Below the pieces are notes generated by a model, which saw only the letters and a program-made list of their open reading frames with translations, did not search any database and was not told the DNA's origin. A DNA stretch of 58,283 nucleotides, filler included, from Basidiobolus meristosporus CBS 931.73 (Eukaryota > Fungi > Basidiobolomycota), in assembly GCA_002104905.1 (NCBI GenBank). It is 3 parts of 3 records of this genome, joined end to end, with 100 filler letters (N's around TTAATTAATTAA, not from the genome) between each part and the next. Parts side by side here need not be neighbours in the genome. Positions count along the whole stretch, not along the records: positions 24,184 to 46,631 come from MCFE01000976.1; 2 more parts are not named here. The stretch is one strand, 5' to 3'. Position numbers and translations under genes: made by a program. Numbering within the stretch: the stretch's first letter is position 1; the number at the start of each line of letters is the position of its first letter. Positions 35,278-44,118 of this stretch are shown here, one piece after another.

Positions 35278-36611
35278 TTAGGGGAGGGAGAGTCACCAAG
35301 GTAGGTGAAATCTTTATTTGAGTTAAGAACTAATCTAAGTGCAAATAAAGAGGCCAATTAAGAGGTCTAGAACCTCTCTAATAAGTAATCTAATTTATGA
35401 TTTGTTTCATCTCTAATGTTTGTTTCAATAAAGTGAAGCTCATCAGGGGTAAATATGAAATTCAAGGGTTTTGGGGGAAGTACAAATTGTAGATGTTTCT
35501 GATCAATATAATCCAAGACTGGAACCCAGCCTGGAATTAGGTGTAGTAGGAAAGGTGTGTGGACTTGTAAGTAGCTCTGCCACATAGATCTTAGATGGTC
35601 CTGAGCCAGTAGTCTTGGTTTCTCAGCTTTTTGAAGTTTTGAAGCAAGCTCTATTACTACAGCAGAGCCAACCAGGGTGTGCCAGCAAGAAGATTTCAGG
35701 GAGGAGTTAGATTGAAGCCATTGTTTGATGGAGGGGTTATGTGATTTCTGAAGTTTGACTAGGAAGGAAGCACGGAGATAGACCATTTGGATTTGGTATG
35801 GGTAGAACCCAAAAGCTCCATTAGTTGCATGGATATAGGGAGATACTGGAAGATAAGGTACCAAGGATCTGATACACTGATGGAGAAATTTATCCAGGCG
35901 GTGAAGTTCTCTGGAGGTTAGGGGTATAATGTGGAGGCCAAATTCAAGTACTGGCAGTACATACTGCTTCAGAAGTATAGGGATCTTCTGAATTGGAGTG
36001 TCTGGAGTGACTACAACCAGAAGCTTTTTGAGAGCCTGTTTGGCAAGATGGATCTCATTATTCAGGTGGAGTTTTGAGTCAATCCCATGTTGACAAAACG
36101 GCAGACCTAGATATATTGCAGTTTGTTGTGGCAGAATGCTAGTGTTCTGTATAGTTGTAGTGCACCCAATTGGGACTGTCGTGGAAATTGAGAGTGAGAG
36201 GTTGTTGGCAGCCAAGTACTTCTCAATGATGGCAGTGTCTGCTATGGGATTAGGAGTAGCAATCTTGATATCATCCGCATAGAGAGTTAGTAGTGGATAG
36301 GGAGAGTCTGGTGAGGGGCCTTTTGAAAATAAAGGAAAGTTGTGTAGGAATATCACAAATAGTAATGGGCCTAGTACAGATCCTTGGACTACTCCATTTG
36401 GAACCTCATAAGTCTCTGATGTGCAACTTGGATGCAAAATTTTGGCTGAGTTCTCACAAAATAGAGAACGTACAAGAAGGGTCATTGGTAGTGTGGTAAC
36501 TGCTAATAGCTTTCTCCAAAGCAGAGCTCTGTCCACAGAGTCAAAGGCTTTAGTAATGTCAAACAGAATGGTTGGCAATGAGAATTGAAGTGAATGATCA
36601 TGGCTTAGTAC
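35278..36611 (-). mobile_element. Telomeric LINE unit 1 (5'-truncated, subfamily alpha)
   Basis: The 3' end reads TTAGGGGAGGGAGAGTCACC on +; RT ORF 35367-36578; joined directly to the 3' end of unit 2. Confidence 0.9.
35367..36578 (-). CDS. Non-LTR reverse transcriptase, C-terminal 403 aa (truncated)
   Basis: FDITKAFDSVDR, GVVQGSVLGPLLF, LYADD, YLG, YVLPVLEFG. Confidence 0.9.
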   Translation of the reverse strand: MPTILFDITKAFDSVDRALLWRKLLAVTTLPMTLLVRSLFCENSAKILHPSCTSETYEVPNGVVQGSVLGPLLFVIFLHNFPLFSKGPSPDSPYPLLTLYADDIKIATPNPIADTAIIEKYLAANNLSLSISTTVPIGCTTTIQNTSILPQQTAIYLGLPFCQHGIDSKLHLNNEIHLAKQALKKLLVVVTPDTPIQKIPILLKQYVLPVLEFGLHIIPLTSRELHRLDKFLHQCIRSLVPYLPVSPYIHATNGAFGFYPYQIQMVYLRASFLVKLQKSHNPSIKQWLQSNSSLKSSCWHTLVGSAVVIELASKLQKAEKPRLLAQDHLRSMWQSYLQVHTPFLLHLIPGWVPVLDYIDQKHLQFVLPPKPLNFIFTPDELHFIETNIRDETNHKLDYLLERF

Positions 36612-37802
36612 TTAGGGGAGGGAGAGTCACCAAGGTAGGTGAAATCTTTATTTGAGTTAAGAACTAATCCAAGTGCAAATAAAGAAGCCAATTAAGAGGT
36701 CTAGAACCTCTCTAATAAGTAATCTAATTTATGATTTGTTTCATCTCTAATGTTTGTTTCAATAAAGTGAAGCTCATCAGGGGTAAATATGAAATTCAAG
36801 GGTTTTGGGGGAAGTACAAATTGTAGATGTTTCTGATCAATATAATCCAAGACTGGAACCCAGCCTGGAATTAGGTGTAGTAGGAAAGGTGTGTGGACTT
36901 GTAAGTAGCTCTGCCACATAGATCTTAGATGGTCCTGAGCCAGTAGTCTTGGTTTCTCAGCTTTTTGAAGTTTTGAAGCAAGCTCTGTTACTACAGCAGA
37001 GCCAACCAGGGTGTGCCAGCAAGAAGATTTCAGGGAGGAGTTAGATTGAAGCCATTGTTTGATGGAGGGGTTATGTGATTTCTGAAGTTTGACTAGGAAG
37101 GAAGCACGGAGATAGACCATTTGGATTTGGTATGGGTAGAACCCAAAAGCTCCATTAGTTGCATGGATATAGGGAGATACTGGAAGATAAGGTACCAAGG
37201 ATCTGATACACTGATGGAGAAATTTATCCAGGCGGTGAAGTTCTCTGGAGGTTAGGGGTATAATGTGGAGACCAAATTCAAGTACCGGCAGTACATACTG
37301 CTTCAGAAGTATAGGGATCTTTTGAATTGGAGTGTCTGGAGTGACTACTACCAGAAGCTTTTTGAGAGCCTATTGGGCAAGACGGATCCTATTATTCAGG
37401 TGGAGCTTTGAGTCAATCCCATGTTGACAAAACGGCAGACCTAGATATATTGCAGTTTGTTGTGGCAGAATGCTAGTGTTCTGTATAGTTGTAGTGCATC
37501 CAATTGGGACTGTCTTGGAAATTGAGAGTGAGAGGTTGTTGGCAGCCAAGTACTTCTCAATGATGGCAGTGTCTGCTATGGGATTAGGAGTAGCAATCTT
37601 GATATCATCCGCATAGAGAGTTAGTAGTGGATAGGGAGAGTCTGGTGGGGGCCTTTTGGAAATAAAGGAAAGTCGTGTAGGAATATCACAAATAGTAAGG
37701 GACCTATTACAGATCCTTGACCTACTCCATTTGGAACCTCATAAGTCTCTGATGTACAACTTGGATGCAAAATTTTGGCTGAGTTCTCACAAAATAGAGA
37801 AA

Positions 37803-38499
37803 TGTTGTGCATCAACATTTAAAACTTAGCCAATTTTACTCTGTTTGAAAATCTAGTACCCTAACTGATTTTCCCTAACCCAAACATAACAAATCCCAGT
37901 TACAGTTCATTTTATCCCACCTCAGAATCTATTTTTAGCTATCACACCTGATCTATTTTCAAATGGTCATTATGTTATCAACCTATCTGCCAAGCCTTCC
38001 CAGGTGATGAGTCATCTGAGATCTATCCAACCATGGTGCAGTTGCCAAGACATCAGTTGATTGATGATGTAATTTTCACTTATCTTATGCACCTATGAAC
38101 ACCCAAATTGATTTCAATCAATCCAGTCCCTTGGCTCTTACTAATTCAACATGATCAGAAAAGTATAAATAAAGTTTACTGAACCTTTTGGTTTAGTGTG
38201 TGTCTCAACAAAATTAAGATTCTGTCTCAGCAAAAATAAGAATTCAACAATTCCGTTCTAGTTTCTACCCAAGCCTAGTATATCTAGCACTCCAAAGAAC
38301 ACCAAGCCTAGCCTGCCTAGCAAACAAATATCATTGCCTTTATAGCCAACCCAGCTATATCCAAGACCAATATTAGATCGGAATCTTTCTGCTAATATTT
38401 CTGCCACTCTCTGACAATTCTAAGATTCTGCACTTAATTGTCCCTTTGGTTCAGTTAAACCATTCAAGAGTTTTATTACACTTTCTCTTGGATTCATCA
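37803..38499 (+). repeat. Gypsy 5' LTR (LTR-B)
   Basis: Homologous to solo LTR 46983-47657 and to fragments 43859-44105 and approx. 51050-51238; TATAAAT at about 38164. Confidence 0.88.
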
Positions 38500-38540
38500 T
38501 TTTTTTTTGTTGAATTCCATTACATTCAGCCAATTAGAAG

Positions 38541-41500
38541 ATGCCCTCAGCAGCAAGCAATCCAAACCTTTCCATGTTGGAAGAAGCCAGAAGAAATCAG
38601 GAAGAACTTACTGAACAGCTTGAAAACATCATGCTTGAAAGAAACACCATGATGCTTGAGCACTCAAAGCTTGCCAAAACAAGATCTGATAATCACCGTA
38701 GAGATGAACTCCTTGAAGTTATATCCAGTTACCAAGATGAAATTGGAATAATTAAGGAAGCACTGGAGAATATTGCCATAGTAATTGACAGCATTGAAAA
38801 TCCGCCAAACCTTGCTCTGCCTCAGCCACCAAGAAGTCATGCCTTTGAATCCTCCAGATCTACATCTCCTTCTAGACCTGCCCCGGTGGTTGTCCCAAGA
38901 TCCTTGCCTGTTTATGTTGAAGGCACCAATGCCATCAAGAATCCAACTGAGTTTCTTTACAAGTTTAGTCACATCTTAGCTGCACACCAGCTAGACCCTG
39001 ACACCAACTGGGCTAGACTTCTGCCTCTCTATCTCACAATGCAAGATGCTGACTGGGTTGAAGTGAACATTCCTTCCAATAGTACGTGGAAAATTGCCCA
39101 AAACCTCTTTTGCAGCCATTTTGAGGATCCTCTCAAGAAAGCACATCTGAACTGCGACTTATGGAAAACTAAAATGCAAAAAGGTGAATCTGTGCAACAC
39201 TTCTGTGATAGATTCCAAAGACAAATGAGATTAGCTGAAGTTAGTGATGATAATCCATCGCTTACTGCTCATTTTCTTTCAAACTTTTCACACCAGCTAC
39301 AGAGCAATATTGCTATTGTCAAAGCATGCAACCCTGCACGTACCTATGACCAGATCTCAGAGATATGTACACTGGCAATCACCTTGACTGCAGCTGTTAG
39401 CCAGACTTCAGGTAGCTCAACCCAATATCCCACAACAGCCGGAAAAGAGACCAGTCATGTGACCAAGAAGCAGTCAACCGCTACTAAGCACTGTGAGCTT
39501 CATGGAAAATGCTATCATTCTACCAGTGAATGCAAAGGCATCACCAAGCAGTCAAACAAGTCAGGAAACACCGCAGAAAAGCAGCAAAACACCAAAACTG
39601 ATAATCCATATGCTGATGACAAGTGCTTTAAATGTGGAAATATGGGACTTAGATCACCTGCCTGTCCTGAGAAGAACTCCACACCATCAGCCAAAATCAC
39701 CCATATCCTTGATGATCATTCAGCCAATGATACAATGGGGTATGAAGAAGCATATGAAGAACTTACAGCTCAAGATTATCACAACCTCTTTGAGCTTCCG
39801 GCTAAAATTGCAACTGTTCAAGAAAAGAAGCAACTAATCACACAGCTCAAAGCCATAGAAGTGCCACTCACCCTCAATGGCCAGTCATACGTAGCACTAC
39901 TGGATACTGGATCATCCAACTCTATTGTATCACCCAATGTAGTCAGAGAACTCAATTTGGAGATAGAAAAATGACCAGGAAAAATCATTCTTGCAGCTAA
40001 GGATCTCTCAGCCCCAAGAATTGGCATTACCAACCCAATCAACATATATTGTAGCTCAGTAACCATAATCCATCAGATGGAAGTGATTGACATACCAGAT
40101 GGACCTCAGGTAGTCATTGGTCTGGACACCTTCACCAAACTTGGCTTTCACATAGGCGGACTACCGGTTTCCTATCCAGGAATCACTAAATCTCAGCCGC
40201 TCATAATGGTTCAAATCCCAGAGATTATCTCATCCCAACCGGAAGAAGAAGAGTTAACCCCAACATTTCAAGAATATTCTCAATCAGTCAAATTGAATAT
40301 TCAGCCGGCCATAGAGAGAAATCAGGCCATTCCAAGGAACAGCTTCTGCACCATCCCAGAATCCATTGTTACACTAGAGACCCCACCTGGTGAGTCAACA
40401 TGGAGGAGGCAATACCCAATTCTGCATTCATGTCAACACTTAGTTGATGAGATAGTCCAAAAATGGGCTGACAATGGAATTATCACTCAAGCCCCTGTCA
40501 ACACAACATTCAACAGCCCTTTGACGCTTGCACCAAAGAAAGATGCTGATGGAAATCTAACCCTGAAGAGACCCTGTTTGGACCCCAGACCTCTGAACAA
40601 GCTTCTCCAAGATGACAAGTTTCCAATTCCAAGAATCCAAGATATCTTTTCCGCACTATCAGGAGCAAAAGTATTCTCCAAGTTGGACTTGAAGGATGCA
40701 TATCACCGATTCCAGATCCATCCTGATCATCAGCATAAGACTGCCTTTACTTGGAATAATATGTAATGGATGTTTCAGGGAGCTCCCTTTGGCCTAAAGA
40801 CACTTACCAGCAAGTTTCAGAGAGTCATAACTATAATACTCAAGAATGCACCATACGCATTGGTATTTGTTGATGATGTCATCATATTTTCCACTAACCG
40901 TGATGATCATGCAACCCATGTCACTGATGTAATCAACAGACTGACAAGTGCTGGACTGATTCTCAATGCTGAAAAGTGCAGTTTTGCCCGCCTCAAAATC
41001 AATCTACTTGGATTTATAGTCACACCAGCTGGCCACCAATTGGATCCTTTCAAACTGGTCAATATCCCAGAATGGCCAAAACCCACTAGCACCAAGCAAC
41101 TTCAACACTATCTTGGAGTATTCAACTATTTCAGGGAACACATACCACTCATGTCCTCATTGAGTGCCCCTTTAGATGTATTACACCATAGCCCTGATCT
41201 CACCTCAGCCTGGAACAAGACTCATGACCAAGCCTTTGAGTCACTCTGCCAACTGCTTCCACAAGCACCCACCTTATCCTACCCAGACTTTACTAAGCCC
41301 TTTGTTGTTGCTACGGATGCATCTAATGTTGGGTTAGGGGCAGTCCTCTATCAAGATGAAGACCAAAATCCGCCTCACTGGATCTCTTTCCAAGCCAGGT
41401 CCCTACAACCTGCTGAGAGAAACTACTCTGCTACCAAGAAGGAGCTACTTGCCATAGTCTTTGCCTTGAAGAAGTTTCATCAGTATCTATGGGGTAATCC

Positions 41501-41800
41501 TTTTACCTTGTACACTGACCACCGAGCCCTTGTCTATATCCACACTCAGAAGACTCTGACTCCAATGCTTACCAACTGGCTTGATACTCTACTTGATTAT
41601 GAATATACAGTTGTTCATTGCCCAGGAATTCTCAACATCCTTCCTGACCACCTGTCAAGACTTTTTCCAACTTCACCTTGGGAGGGACATGTGATTACTG
41701 ATGTAATCAGTAAACTCTCTACAACTTCCAAAATAGTTCCTCAACTGGATTCAGCAACTTGGAAAATCCCACCTGAAAAACAAAGGAAAACATTGATACA
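38541..41800 (+). pseudogene. gag-pol: Gypsy gag-pol, single frame with two nonsense mutations (39972 TGA, 40764 TAA)
   Basis: ORFs 38541, 40077 and 40770 share one frame. Retrotrans_gag-like core, CFKCGNMG, LLDTGSS, PCLDPRPLN, FVDD, TDAS, TDH. Confidence 0.93.
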
Positions 41801-41805
41801 GAGGA

Positions 41806-43529
41806 GTACAAGAAGGGTCATTGGTAGTGTGGTAACTGCTAATAGCTTTCTCCAAAGCAGAGCTCTGTCCACAGAGTCAAAGGCTTTAGTAATGTCAAAC
41901 AGAATGGTTGGCAATGAGAATTGAAGTGAATGATCATGGCTTAGCACTACAGCCATATCCAAGGAGAGTTTGGGCAAGAAGCCAAACTGGGAAGGATGGA
42001 ATGGATATAGTTGAGATTGCAAGGATCTTGCTATTATAAGCTCAAATATTTTCCGGCAGGTTGGTAGGAGCAAAACTGGCCGGTAAGAACCTGGGAGTGA
42101 GTGTTTCCCCTTCCCTTTGTATAAGGGTATTACATTTGCCTGTGACCAGGCCTTTGGGGTAGTCAATTGTTGGGCACAGATAGAGTAGAATGGGAGAAGT
42201 AAGTGACTCATTTTGGAGTAGCACACCTGGAGTAGATTGTAGGTAATCAAGTCATGTCCAGGTGCAGTATTTGCAGGAAGCTTCTTTAAAATATTCTCCA
42301 GAAGCTTTGCTGAAACCAAAATTGGAGATGTTGGACTGCCAGATATGTTACCAGTATGGTAGAAAGGAGGAGTGGGATGCACGGTTGAATCAAAGAATAT
42401 AGGGGCCAGTTTGTCTGGTGATGGTATACTCCTTGCTTGGGGTCTCATGGCTTTGTATACTCTTGATATAGACCTTGTGGTGGCATTCATATTTACTAAG
42501 GGCAAGGTATCCATGATATGAGCCCATAATCTAGTATGCTCAGTGATCTGTAGTGACTTGGAGTAGGAGATTGTGCTTTCCAGGAGGTTCTGTGTTTTTG
42601 GGTTAGGGAAACATAGGTAGCTGGAATTTAAGGCAGAAATGATGGATTTCCATTTAAGTTGTTTTGCAGATGGCTTTTGGTAGGACTTGGTGGGCAGGGC
42701 CAGACAGCCAGTGATTATGATGAAATGCTGGTAAAATAGCCATAATGCATTTACATCATCACAAATCCATGCAGGTAAGCTGGGAAATGCATATTCTGTA
42801 AGCAAGGATAGGTAGTTGGCAAAGTCCTGTGTCTGTGATACTGAAGCTTTGGCTGGCAGGATTGTAAATGGCTGAAGAAGGGTGCCAATTGGTAGGGTTT
42901 TTCTGGCAGAAATGATAATATGTATTGGCTTGTGATCAGATTTCTCTAGTGAGCCATAGCTGATATCCTCTGGAATGCTTGTAACCTGGTGGATGTACTG
43001 TAAGGCAGCAGGAGTGGCTGTTACCCAGTCAACACAATGTTGAGCTTGCTGAGTGTTTACAGTGACCAGATGGTTTTGTCGGAGGAGCTTTGTAAAGTGC
43101 TCCTCTTGGGTTCTAAGTCTGGATGAAATAGTGGTGATATTTTCAGGGTGGGAAATATTTATATCTCCCACTACCATACAAGGGATTGATGAGCTGTTAA
43201 TGAATTCTGATGTGGCCAAGAATATTGCCAGTGTTATGGAGTTAGACAGAGATGGAGGGAGATAGATAATAATGGCTACTATAGTTGGAAGTGTTAGAGC
43301 ATAGCAGTAATATTCATAGATGATGGATACATTTGCTGAGGGTGCAAGCTTAGAAGATGAAAGAGCAACAAGTGCCATTGAGTGAGCTGGGAATTTTGGG
43401 TGAGCAGATGAATATGCATTCAGTCTAGAGGGAAGTTTTGGCAACCTAACATCTATTAGTAGGAGCAAGGAATATTCCTTTTTCAGTAAGTTTTCTAATT
43501 CAGCTACAGTTGGAGTGATGGAGTAGGAG
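41806..43529 (-). CDS. APE endonuclease plus RT N-terminal part of LINE unit 2
   Basis: IYLPP, VVGDIN, CVDWV, SDH (APE motifs); PGHDLI, SYRPVLLLPTCRKIFE, QFGF, FDITKAFD. The frame is open upstream of the listed start, to about 43529. Confidence 0.9.
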
Positions 43530-43531
43530 GG

Positions 43532-43858
43532 TTAGGGGGAGGGAAAGTCACCAAGGTAGGTGAAATCTTTATTTGATTTCAGACAAGTCTAACTACAAAT
43601 AAAGAAGCCAGCTGGGAATAGAAGATTCCCAAAGTAAACACTAAGTTGAATATGAATAAATCTAAGCTAAAGTTAAGGCAGTATCCCAGAGTACACTGGA
43701 GTTCAGGTTCATGGGGGAGTGAAGTAGATAAGCTTGAGAGATATAATAATCCTTAAGGAAGTGGGTAACAGCAGGTGAAGGGGAGTTTTTGATAAGTGAA
43801 GTGAATCTTGAGATCAGAGATTCCTCTAAAGAGAAGGTCTTGTAAACTGGAGAATCAG
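43532..43858 (-). mobile_element. Telomeric LINE unit 3 (3' stub of a third subfamily)
   Basis: Same 3' terminus TTAGGGGGAGGGAAAGTCACCAAGGTAGGTGAAATCTTTATTTG; body diverged from units 1/2 and 4. Confidence 0.8.
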
Positions 43859-44105
43859 TGTTGTATCCAAGAGAAAGTGTAATAAAACTCTTGAATGGTT
43901 TAACTGAACCAATGGGACAATTAAGTGCAGAATCTTAGAATTGTCAGAGAGTGGCGGAAATATTAGCAGAAAGATTCTGATCTAATATTGGTCTTGGATA
44001 TAGCTGGGTTGGCTATAAAGGCAATGATATTTGTTTGCTAGGCAGGCTAGGCTTGGTGTTCTTTGGAGTGCTAGATATACTAGGCTTGGGTAGAAACTAG
44101 AACGG
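43859..44105 (-). repeat. Gypsy LTR-B fragment (R-U5 portion only)
   Basis: Reverse complement of 38253-38499, with an intact CAACA end at 43859. Confidence 0.92.
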
Positions 44106-44118
44106 TTAGGGTTAGGGT
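44106..44118 (+). repeat. Interstitial telomere repeats (TTAGGG)2T
   Basis: Lies between the broken LTR and the 3' end of LINE unit 4. Confidence 0.85.

Larger units (their letters stand above)
37803..41800 (+). mobile_element. Ty3/Gypsy element with 5' LTR and gag-PR-RT-RH; integrase and 3' LTR missing
   Basis: LTR 37803-38499 (TGTTG...CA); pol truncated at QRKTLIQ, the start of the integrase Zn-binding region. Confidence 0.93.
36612..43531 (-). mobile_element. Telomeric LINE unit 2 (subfamily alpha; 36612-37802 plus 41806-43531, split by a Gypsy insertion)
   Basis: The two halves are contiguous in RT (...TLLV|RSLFCEN...). The 5' part encodes APE plus the RT N-terminus. A 1-nt deletion near 37650 frameshifts the RT. 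Confidence 0.9.

Noticed and set aside
41741-41924. Apparent Gypsy-LINE fusion proteins (C-termini of ORFs 40770-41924 and 41741-43468)
   Set aside because: Read-through into the antisense strand of the neighbouring element across the insertion junction.
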